Source of the DNA: a virus
Taxonomy: Duplodnaviria > Caudoviricetes
Strand: one strand, 5' to 3'
DNA length: 33,978 nucleotides
Virus record (IMG/VR): IMGVR_UViG_3300037692_000500
Location: 1-33,978 of that record
Shown one piece after another: positions 1 through 9,100 of this stretch. The notes beneath the pieces are model-generated. The model was not told where the DNA came from. It worked only from the letters and a program-made list of their open reading frames with translations, and did no database searches. Numbering within the stretch: the first letter of the stretch is position 1; every line of letters begins with the position of its first letter. A program made the translations under genes and the position numbers.

Positions 1-334
1 TAAAATGTACGTAATAACATATTACGTGCACGCAAAAAAGGCAAGAAAAAAGCACGGTTTTTCAACTAATCCGTGCTTATGGGGTTGTTTTTTTGGCTTA
101 AAGTGTGCGCTTTATCCGATTTTCAGGGTAGTCCTGTTTTCTAGTTTTATTTAAAATAGTTTCCCAAAATTTCCTGCAATTCCGCTGCACCTACTCCACC
201 AAGAAACCGCACATGCCTTAGCCCCAATACCTGTTATTATCGATACCCGCCATTCGGATCAAGACTGACACCGGCAATGTCTGCTGGCTATTAGGTTCGG
301 AATCTCCAACTATTTCCAACAGGAGACAAGCGAT

Positions 335-604
335 ATGGCATTGATTACAAAGAAAAATAAGAGACGTCACCGCATACAGTTCACCATGACTTGTGGGCTG
401 CATGAGCGCTATACATCATACCAGGTTCTGGCCGATAATCTTGGCCTTGTTATCAATTTTAGCGAAGATTTCGAGGAGTGGTTCAATATCCAGCTGGACA
501 AGATAGGGCATGAGTTGAACAGGATTGAGACAGAACAAGCCGGGCCAGAACCTGTCTGTGAAGCAAAAGAATTCACAGATAATCCATACGGTCTTGAACA
601 ATAA
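335..604 (+). CDS. Hypothetical protein, possible small DNA-binding regulator
   Basis: 89-aa ORF with AGGAG RBS, co-directional and upstream of alpA. Confidence 0.6.
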   Translation: MALITKKNKRRHRIQFTMTCGLHERYTSYQVLADNLGLVINFSEDFEEWFNIQLDKIGHELNRIETEQAGPEPVCEAKEFTDNPYGLEQ

Positions 605-676
605 CCCGGTTGCAAATCCACGGACAATTCATGAGATTAGCCTACCCTTAATCTGAACCTATCAAGAGGTCATTAT

Positions 677-952
677 ATGAAATCCATCACGACATCAAAT
701 ATTTTACCAGCATCCGGTTTTGTACGACTATCACACATAATCGGCAACTCGAATAACAATCCACCAATTCCTGCAATCATTCCGGTTTCAAAAAGTACCT
801 GGTGGGCCGGAGTAAAATCTGGACGTTTCCCCAAACCAATAAAACTCGGTCCCCGCACCACAGCCTGGCGGGTAGAGGATATTCGAAATCTCATATCCAG
901 AAGCCAGGTGATCAAACATGAGAATGAGCAATATGCAACTGATACTGAGTAA
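677..952 (+). CDS. alpA: AlpA-family regulator / excisionase (recombination directionality factor)
   Basis: IIPVSKSTWWAGVKSGRFPKPIKLGPRTTAWRVEDI is the classic AlpA wHTH pattern; GAGG RBS. Confidence 0.9.
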   Translation: MKSITTSNILPASGFVRLSHIIGNSNNNPPIPAIIPVSKSTWWAGVKSGRFPKPIKLGPRTTAWRVEDIRNLISRSQVIKHENEQYATDTE

Positions 953-957
953 CCACG

Positions 958-1932
958 ATGGACTGGATAAAGATTATGTGCAATATCCTGGATCATCGAA
1001 AAATCAAAATGATCCGCAAAGGGCCGGAAGGCAACACTCTCGTCTTGCTCTGGTTGCTGATGCTCACCGAAGCGGGGAAATGTAATCGAGGCGGGTACCT
1101 GATGATCTCGGACAGCTTGCCGTATACGGTTGATACCTTGAGCATGGTGATGGACATTCCCTTACCTACAGTCCAATTAGGACTTGTGATATTTGCCGAT
1201 CTGGACATGATCGACAGCAAAGACGGGGTAATCTTCATAAAAAATTGGACAAAGTACCAGAGTGAAGACAGGTTGGAGGCCCGCAGAGAAAAGGAACGGC
1301 TGCGACAGCAGCGACATCGACAAAAGGAACGAGATAAATTGCGAGCCCTCCCTTCGCCCGAGCAGGCGTCACGTGACAGTCACGTTTCAATGTCACGTGA
1401 CGTCACGCAGGAGAACAGACAAGAACAGAGTAGAGTAGATAAGACAACAGACAAGGTTCGTTTGCTGTTGTCGGGTACCCCTTTGGAGGAAATATCCGAC
1501 GAGAAACTGGAAGTTCTTTTCAAGAGACATGGTCCCGAACAGCTCTTGCTGACTGCCGATGTTGCCGCCGAGATTTGGCGACGCAACCCGGAAGACCGAT
1601 ACAACCCCGGTGGCTACCTCCACACCCTATGCGTATCTCTTGACCTCCCCGATTGGTATGTACCCTTTGAAAAACGCGCCAAGAGGGCCGAGGAGTCACT
1701 TCGCCGGAAAAAGGCCATTGAGGCAGAGCAATCTGCCATGGGACTTAAGGAGGAGGAAAAAAATGCCGCTATGGACATCTGGTGGAATACGTTATCGAAT
1801 AAACAGCGCAAAGGATATCAGGACCAGGTATGCGAGAGTCTGCCGAGGAATATCGTGGTAGCCGAGGATATCGTCATGATTATGGCCAAATCGCTTGCAT
1901 GGGAGGAGACTCAAGCCTGTAGCCATGAGTGA
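958..1932 (+). CDS. Phage replisome organizer N-terminal-domain replication initiator
   Basis: WIKI..DHRKIKMIR..PEG...LWL.ML..AGK.N..G...PYT...L and IKNWTKYQ followed by a basic helix; internal iterons. Confidence 0.85.
   Translation: MDWIKIMCNILDHRKIKMIRKGPEGNTLVLLWLLMLTEAGKCNRGGYLMISDSLPYTVDTLSMVMDIPLPTVQLGLVIFADLDMIDSKDGVIFIKNWTKYQSEDRLEARREKERLRQQRHRQKERDKLRALPSPEQASRDSHVSMSRDVTQENRQEQSRVDKTTDKVRLLLSGTPLEEISDEKLEVLFKRHGPEQLLLTADVAAEIWRRNPEDRYNPGGYLHTLCVSLDLPDWYVPFEKRAKRAEESLRRKKAIEAEQSAMGLKEEEKNAAMDIWWNTLSNKQRKGYQDQVCESLPRNIVVAEDIVMIMAKSLAWEETQACSHE
1368..1408 (+). repeat. GTCACG(TGAC) iterons inside rep, candidate replication origin
   Basis: GTCACGTGAC at 1368 and 1392, GTCACG at 1379 and 1402, in the linker region of the initiator gene. 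Confidence 0.65.
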
Positions 1933-1952
1933 AGGTGGAGGAGAGAGGGAAT

Positions 1953-2130
1953 CTGTGCGAATAATTCGCGCACAGATTCTCGCGCGTTACGCGCGGGGCG
2001 GAAACTTGGGCGTGCCTGCCACTGTCGCCGGAGTGTTCTTCTCAGCTGTTCGGTGTATGCAGTCCTTGGCTGGGCCCTCCGCGCCCCATAATTTCCGCGC
2101 TGTGTCAGCATAAGCCGACACAGCGCGGAA
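1953..2130. promoter_or_regulatory. oriT-like cluster of inverted repeats
   Basis: CTGTGCG..CGCACAG (1953-1975), CGCGCGT-T-ACGCGCG (1981-1995), perfect 14-bp IR TTCCGCGCTGTGTC/GACACAGCGCGGAA (2093-2106/2117-2130); intergenic. Confidence 0.55.
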
Positions 2131-2186
2131 CCAGAACAATCACCTTTTTGCCGCTCATAACGCGACAATTCACGGAGGACAAATAT

Positions 2187-2483
2187 ATGGATATGAAAGA
2201 CGGGACATTTGACGCGCAAGCGGAAGTCGATCGCATTCGCTTCCGCCGCGCAGAAGCAAGACGGAAACTTTTTCGCAAAAGTCGCCTCGATAAATACCGG
2301 TTTGAATTGTCGGCAATGAGTCGTGCAGGCGCCTCTTGTGCCGACCTGGCTGAGTGGTTGAAAATCAACCACCGTTGCAAAATCAGCCGTAGTTCAATAG
2401 ACCGCTACTTGAAAAAACTTCCTGAATTGAAAGAGGAGGTCGAGTCAGAACCGAAAATGATTCATAACAACAACAATATATAG
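2187..2483 (+). CDS. Small basic HTH-like protein, putative mobilization accessory protein
   Basis: GGAGG RBS before ATG 2187; SRLDKY..EL.AM.RAGAS..DLAEWL...KISRSSIDRYL looks like an HTH. Confidence 0.7.
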   Translation: MDMKDGTFDAQAEVDRIRFRRAEARRKLFRKSRLDKYRFELSAMSRAGASCADLAEWLKINHRCKISRSSIDRYLKKLPELKEEVESEPKMIHNNNNI

Positions 2484-2492
2484 GGAAAAACC

Positions 2493-3383
2493 TTGCCAAG
2501 ATTTCGATCCGCCAAAGCCCAGGCCGAACACGCCATTTCCCTGAAAATTGCCCTGGGGCAAGGAAGACATGAGCACCGAACCGATGGTCGAGTCCATAGT
2601 GTCGGGACAGCGCGGGGATATCAGCAGGCACTGAAGGGTTTTGCTGAATATATTCAAAGCCAACGATTCGGGGATCTTGCCGGCGCGACTCTTGAAATGG
2701 CGCAACAATACCTTGCAGATCGGGCAGCGATGGTCGGTCAGAAGACACTTGATCTTGACCGTCAGGCAATACAGATGCATTTAGGGACCGTGCTCGAAGT
2801 CGTGAAGAGTGAAATCGAGACAACTCTTTCCACTCGCAGTTATACATCTGCCCAAGTCGAACGGATTGCTTCTGCCCAAACCGAGCGTAACAGTCTGGCC
2901 ACCCAAATAGCTTATGATGCCGGCCTGAGAGCGCATGAATTGTTGACCCTTCGTCCAACGTATGAAAGGCCGGCCTCTGCACACCGGGAATGGAGTTCAG
3001 ACCGCTTCACCGGCAGAGATGGTGAGAGATACACGGTCCATGGTAAAGGAGGCCTGGTACGTGAAGTCTTGCTGTCCACTCGCCTGGCGGCACGGCTGGA
3101 AGCAAATCGTCTCAGCGAACCGTGCCATGTAGTAGATAGGGGAGTGAACTACACGCAACACTATAATCTCGGCGGTGGACGTACATGGAGCCAGAGCTTT
3201 TCCTCGGCAAGCAAACGGGAACTTGGCTTTTCCAATGGTGCACATGGTCTCCGCCACAGCTACGCCCAGGATAGAATGAAGGCACTGCAGCGTAGCGGCA
3301 TGCAGTACGATCAAGCAAAGAGGACGGTCGCTCAGGAAGTCGGCCATTTTGATAAAAAAACCACAGAAACATATCTCCGATGA
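2493..3383 (+). CDS. Tyrosine-recombinase-fold protein without arm-binding domain; candidate MpsA-like atypical relaxase
   Basis: Catalytic set AGLRAHEL (R), GKGG (K), HGLRHSYA (HxxR), VGH, terminal TYLR (Y); 296 aa, TTG start. Confidence 0.8.
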   Translation: MPRFRSAKAQAEHAISLKIALGQGRHEHRTDGRVHSVGTARGYQQALKGFAEYIQSQRFGDLAGATLEMAQQYLADRAAMVGQKTLDLDRQAIQMHLGTVLEVVKSEIETTLSTRSYTSAQVERIASAQTERNSLATQIAYDAGLRAHELLTLRPTYERPASAHREWSSDRFTGRDGERYTVHGKGGLVREVLLSTRLAARLEANRLSEPCHVVDRGVNYTQHYNLGGGRTWSQSFSSASKRELGFSNGAHGLRHSYAQDRMKALQRSGMQYDQAKRTVAQEVGHFDKKTTETYLR

Positions 3384-4021
3384 AAATCTTTAGGCTCATT
3401 GTTGCGACAAGCATTGTTGTTGGCATTATCTGGCTGACCTGGTTGGTAGTGCTCCCTTTTGGAATAATTCAATTTTCACCCGATGGTCAGCCAAACCCTG
3501 CTTCAGGGTTTTCACTTGTCTTATCTCTGGATGGACAGAAGGTGTCTTCCTCTCCTCTGACTATGATTGAAATTGGCTGGGCGGGGATCCTGACAGCATG
3601 GCCATATGTTTTTATTGGCCTGTTATTTGGCGTCATGGTCGGTTATCCCCTGGGGGAACTGGCTAGACGCCGATTCGGTATTGAGAAGGCATCGAAAGAA
3701 GCTCTCCGAATGAGTTCTGCATTGACTCTGGACTCATTCATTGGAGAGTGCCATGCCAAAAACATAGTGAAAGAAATCAAATCTCTTTTTATCGACTTGC
3801 CAAAACTGCAGAAAGAAGTCGTTGCCGCACGGGAAAAAATCTTGACTATGAATCTGTCTGCCTCAGAGCAAACTCAAAACTATGAAGCTTTGCAGAAAAA
3901 AGCGGAATCGCTCGAAAAAGAACTGATCAAAGCGCGAGCGAAAATCAGGAGATTGGAAGATAAAGCCAATCGACCGACAGGAAATCAATTGACGCAACCA
4001 GAAAATCTTCGTAATATTTAA
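3380..4021 (+). CDS. Membrane protein (two hydrophobic segments) with C-terminal coiled coil
   Basis: ATGA overlap with the recombinase gene; hydrophobic N-terminal and central segments; heptad-rich C-terminus. Confidence 0.7.
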   Translation: MKIFRLIVATSIVVGIIWLTWLVVLPFGIIQFSPDGQPNPASGFSLVLSLDGQKVSSSPLTMIEIGWAGILTAWPYVFIGLLFGVMVGYPLGELARRRFGIEKASKEALRMSSALTLDSFIGECHAKNIVKEIKSLFIDLPKLQKEVVAAREKILTMNLSASEQTQNYEALQKKAESLEKELIKARAKIRRLEDKANRPTGNQLTQPENLRNI

Positions 4022-4680
4022 GACATAACAGCGTACCGTGACGCTTTGTCATTATGACACACGGATCGGCCCACAGAGCCGGCCATATGGCAAATCTGAT
4101 TCTATCGGATCTGCACAATCGCAGAGGATAGCAGCGGCGAACAGTCCCACGCTGAAAATTTGGGGGCGAATCGGGAAGGTGACTTCTCGCGGTGGTGATG
4201 ACCATCGGCCACGGCAGCAAAAAGCTGACCGTATGGCAATCTAACGCGACGCGAATCCGGGGGAGTGCCTAAGAATGACAAGAACGAACCTTTCCCAAAG
4301 ACCCTTTTTTGTTTTCCAACTATTTTCGCAAAATATTTCGATTATCAAACCGTCAATAGTCAATCAAAATCAGTCAGGATAATTTTGAAAATACGTTGAC
4401 TCTGACGAACCAAACTTTTCAGGAAGGTTAACCAGTGAGGTATGCTTTTCAATTGAAGGTTGCCAAGGACAAGCACGTGAACATCTGCGGCTTGTCCGCA
4501 GAATGTTTTAGTCGGATCAGCCTTTCTTTAAACAAGAGAAAAGCATAATTTTATGACGCCACTTTCTCTGTCCTCAGTGCGCAAACCAAAACAGTTTAGA
4601 AAGGAATTGGCTCTCTACATGAAAGAGCCGACGGCATAATTCAGTAATGCAAGCCTGATCACGTGTACGTGCATTCTCGG

Positions 4681-6186
4681 TTAGCTTAGCTCAAATTTAT
4701 GAATATTGGGCAATTCAACATACATCCATCCAGATTCTGAGTAAACAATTGAACTGGCGCATATTTTCTTTACCCTTGAATTGTCACGTTTCATGGAGAT
4801 CATATTGACTCCTCGAGCTGCATCTTGTTTTTGATTGTTACCGCTCGGGGAGGGAGCACCAACTACCATATATTTATTGCCATCCTGGATGGTGCCCCAC
4901 CGCTTATGATTATGTCCATGTATTAATAATCGTGGAGCAAATATCTGCTGCATGAATCGATTCAAGTAAAAATCATTATGATCATCAATCTGTTCTCTTA
5001 CTCCTCCATAGCCTACAGGGCTGTGATGTGATAGAGAAATATGTAAGATAGCATTGTTGTTATTGGAAAAACCCTTTTCTTTAAAGCTTTCTATGACACA
5101 GTCAATGTCATGTTTATCTATCGTTCTCAACGGCCATGATTTTTCGTTTATTTTTTTAGAAGTATTTAAGCCGGAAAAAACGACGCCATATTCGTAGAAA
5201 CCGAATTCCGTCCACGATCCAACCGGAGCATTACCCCAAACTCCTTTTGTAGACGATACCTTTGCTGCAAAATTGCTAAATGGTTGACTCGCGTAAGTGT
5301 TTAATTCGGTGGCTTCATTTTCCACAGAAGAGACGAATTCCAGATTCGGCTTGTCATCTCTTGTAGTTTGGAAGTTTAATTTCAGTTGTTGGGCACCAGC
5401 AAGGGGGATAGAAACATCATGATTTCCTGGAACCAACAAAATTCTGGGAGATGGGAGGCTGATTCCAAGCTTTTGCATAAAACTTTGAAACCAGCCAAGG
5501 GCCATTGCGTATTCCTTCGGATGACCTGTATTGGCAATATCTCCGGTTATCGCTACAAAATGAGGTCCAGTTGTCCATTCCGCCATGATCTTGTCACAGA
5601 GAAAATTGATATCAGGTATGCTGGCCAAAGTTTTCTCAGTCCCTTGCGAGCCGAAGTGCAAGTCGGAAAGGTGCAATATCTGGAGATCGTCTCCAGTGCG
5701 AATATCTAAACTGTACAGTGATTTCTTTCTCCTGAGAAATAGTACTATCTGAGTGCAAATCGCGGCAAAGCCGCCAGATTGAAAATCTTTTAAGGTAAAC
5801 ATTAACGGCTGGTCAATATCTGGGTTATCCGATAGGAAGCCTCGGACAAGCTTCATGGATGAATCGTCCCAAGCGTTGCTGACCAAAGCAACAACATACC
5901 TTTCACTAGCACGACGAAACAGATCCTTAAACAGAGTTCCATGTTCATCATCATCCCAGCCTTTTTTATTTAACCTCACATCAAGCAAAACAATATCAGT
6001 TTTACCTTCAGGTGTTTCGGTCTCAAGATAGACCTTTGCTTGGCCTGGAGAATCAGCAAAGGTCAAATGAAACCCCCTTGGGTCGTAATGCTGGCCCTGC
6101 AGTCTCATGTATTTGTTATATCTGCTATTATTATCCTCACTGTATTGAGCCTCATCGTCAATAATCAACACGTTCCAGTTGTTCAT
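4681..6186 (-). CDS. Response-regulator receiver domain fused to calcineurin-like metallophosphoesterase
   Basis: REC: NVLIIDDE, DIVLLDVRL, VALVS. Phosphoesterase motifs: HLSDLHFG, ITGD, VPGNHD, SHH, HGHNH. Confidence 0.88.
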   Translation of the reverse strand: MNNWNVLIIDDEAQYSEDNNSRYNKYMRLQGQHYDPRGFHLTFADSPGQAKVYLETETPEGKTDIVLLDVRLNKKGWDDDEHGTLFKDLFRRASERYVVALVSNAWDDSSMKLVRGFLSDNPDIDQPLMFTLKDFQSGGFAAICTQIVLFLRRKKSLYSLDIRTGDDLQILHLSDLHFGSQGTEKTLASIPDINFLCDKIMAEWTTGPHFVAITGDIANTGHPKEYAMALGWFQSFMQKLGISLPSPRILLVPGNHDVSIPLAGAQQLKLNFQTTRDDKPNLEFVSSVENEATELNTYASQPFSNFAAKVSSTKGVWGNAPVGSWTEFGFYEYGVVFSGLNTSKKINEKSWPLRTIDKHDIDCVIESFKEKGFSNNNNAILHISLSHHSPVGYGGVREQIDDHNDFYLNRFMQQIFAPRLLIHGHNHKRWGTIQDGNKYMVVGAPSPSGNNQKQDAARGVNMISMKRDNSRVKKICASSIVYSESGWMYVELPNIHKFELS

Positions 6187-9100
6187 GGTTTACTCCCATA
6201 AAAGTGCTCTATCAAAGGTAAACATACTGTGATATTCATTTGATTGTCTTTGTAGCTTCTCTGTACCGGATTATGGATTAAGTGTGTGGATACCATTGTT
6301 TCTGAAGGTTTGATTCTAGGACAATCTTCATTTTCTGCATGGTTCATCATTTCAAGGATTAAGGCTTTGTCTTTGACATAAAGGATACAGTTAAGATCAC
6401 AGAACAATCCATCAAAGAAAATTTTTTCAGAAGAGTGCAGAACGTTATAAATAAATTCTTTTATCATAGTTTTAAGTATCGGAGGGCAAACGATGCAAAC
6501 TTTTGCCGGATCTAATACTTTATCCATGCATACATTTATGTCTGGCAAGCACCCTTGGTCAGTCCAACGATGATGTTTTTTGCATAAAGGATCTTCTATC
6601 TTTTTTTTCCATTCGTCGGTTGAAATAGATCTTGTTAAAAAATTTCTGATCTCTTCTGCAGTTGATATAATGTCTTCACGAAACGATTTAGCAGTAGCTT
6701 TTTCACTATCAAAAATTTCGGAAAGGATCTTCGCCTTGACACTATCAAGAGCAACCTCATTTTTCTGCAACAGCGCAACATAATCATGCACTAAGTCAGC
6801 ATGATTATCTGTGTCGAATGAGCTTTTCACGTTACCAGTAAGAACAAGGGGTGAAATTTCTCTCAAGGCTGTTTCAATTATTTGTAAATCCCTGCATATT
6901 TCACGCTTATTTGCGTATATTTCGCCAGTTAACCTCTTTCGGCAAAATCCAGCATGACGATCATTATCTTGTTTGCCCAGCAACAAATAGAGGGAATAAA
7001 ATGCATGTCTAGTGCCCCTTGCATTTTTCCCTTGACTAAATAAATAAGCGTCTGTGAGTAGCGTCTCTGCTGTTGTTTTTTCGTTCTGCTTCAGTGATGA
7101 ACATCGCAACTCTTCAATCTGCTTCTGATACGTTCCGGCACGCTCCATCAGCCCACCCAACATCAACAGAAGGTCATCATCTGGATTGTGAACGTTCGTA
7201 GTTTGTCGCCATAGTTGTTTCGTTAGGATATCAACTTGTTTGTCTGTCGCCAGGAGTAGTGCCAAACAACCAAGACGCTCAAGCTGCTTCGTTCTATCCG
7301 GATTATCCATGTCCGGCCTATGAGCTAGAAGCACTTTCAAGAGAAGCTGAAACCGTTCTTGAACTTCTTCATCATCAAAATCGTCAAAATAGATAAATAA
7401 CTGGCAGAGCAAAATTTCCAGTGTTGCATCACGCCATTTTGAGCGGTCTCCGGGATAATCATCTTCCCATGGAACTCGCGCAAACTTCAAACCAACACCT
7501 TTATAAGAGGTTGTCCTAATGATCTCTATAACCGTTGCAGCCAAGCCTGTAGTTGTTCCGTGTTCTATCTTATATTTTTTGCCCTCCCCTTTGCCCTGCC
7601 AATCTTTTCCGAACGTGATTTTACGGATATCAGGCAATTGTCCAGGGCTCAGGCCATGTCGTCTCCAATGGTTTGTAACCGAACATGCAGTCCACGCACT
7701 TACCCATTCTTCAATTTCAGCTCTTGCCTCATCCCTCCACATCCGCCGTGCTAATTGCCTTGCAAGGTCTATGGAGCGACACAAAGAGCAGGTGCTAGCA
7801 TTGCCCAATGGTGGTACATCCCAGCGCCAGTAGTACCGGTGGGTGTTACGGTGGACGTCACAAAGATATTTCCGATAGAGAGGCAGCCCGGTACGTGAGA
7901 GCATACCGAGATGGATCACCTCCTTGGCACCGGCATTCCGAAGCAATTGTTCCATCTCTCGCTGAACCTTGCCAGTAACAGCAGCGTCATCAAGCAAAAC
8001 GATCTTTGTCATATTATTAACAAAAAGCTCGTCCCGTATCCGATCATAGGTAAGCGAGGGGATTCGAATTGCTGTTTGTGAATGTGAAGCCCAGAAACGT
8101 ACGGGAATAAAAGTCAGATTTAATGTTCTATTATCTTGGGCGAGGTTCTTAAGTGCTTCAACCAATTTATCAGTTACAGCATGGGAAGGATATACAACCA
8201 TGACCCGATATGAGCCTCCGTTATGCTGAGCCTGTTTTTTTAACTCACCAAGTATCCACTCTGTTGCTGTTCCCTTGTAAAAACGCTTGGATTCGACACC
8301 ATATGCTAGGTTCATTGTCAATAAATCATGGTGGGTACCATAGACCCAGTGCCCCAGTTTTAACAAATCGAACCGAATCATATCCTTATACGTTTGCTGG
8401 GGATCTTTTCCGTAGACAGATTCAGCAAAAAGATCATCGTCAATCTTGACAAATCTACGTATCGGTGCTGCTTTTGGACCGCCACGACTGATGTAAGGAG
8501 TACCAGGAAGGCGCTCGTACTGTAATTTATTGGTTGGTGGATTAAGCAAATTGATAGGCTGCTTCAACCAATCAAGAGCACAAAGGCGGGGGTCAATTTG
8601 CTCCGTTGCCCCTTTAACTTCGCCATGACGCAACAAATGTATAGCGAATTGCCCTGACAGAGCCGCACGTTGTGCGGTCCTGCCGGTAACAAATACACTG
8701 CCAACGACTATCTGAAGATTCCTGTCATCCGTTCTACTGCTAATCTCTTGCAGGGACATACGCGCATCTCCAGGCAATAGATCAGTTAGTAATGGATCGG
8801 CAGCGACACATTCTGCCTTATGCGCGTAAAGAAGCCAAGTTCTCTCAAGGGCACGCCGGGCGACAAATTTTCTTGTTGGATCAAGCAACGCGTGGGTCAG
8901 ATCCAGATAGCCATTAAGTTTGATGCTTGGTTCTTTGTTGTCATCACGTTCCCAAATAACCTCCTCACAAATGAAAGCGGAAGCTGAATTCTCTTGTTCC
9001 AACACCCCCTGCCAAAAAATTGCTGAATCGTTCTCCCTTAATTTTTCTAAGATAAATGCTCCGTATTCTTCCTTTACTTTCCTGGCCTGCCCTTCATCCT

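Noticed and set aside
186-203. CTCCACCA as the left att copy
   Set aside because: Only 8 bp match and in the opposite orientation to the 15622-15648 core
4038-4244. 68-aa ORF after the membrane protein
   Set aside because: GTG start without a clear RBS and no recognizable features
4468-4498. GGACAAGC..GCTTGTCC hairpin as a downstream attC
   Set aside because: Short stem without RYYYAAC/GTTRRRY ends
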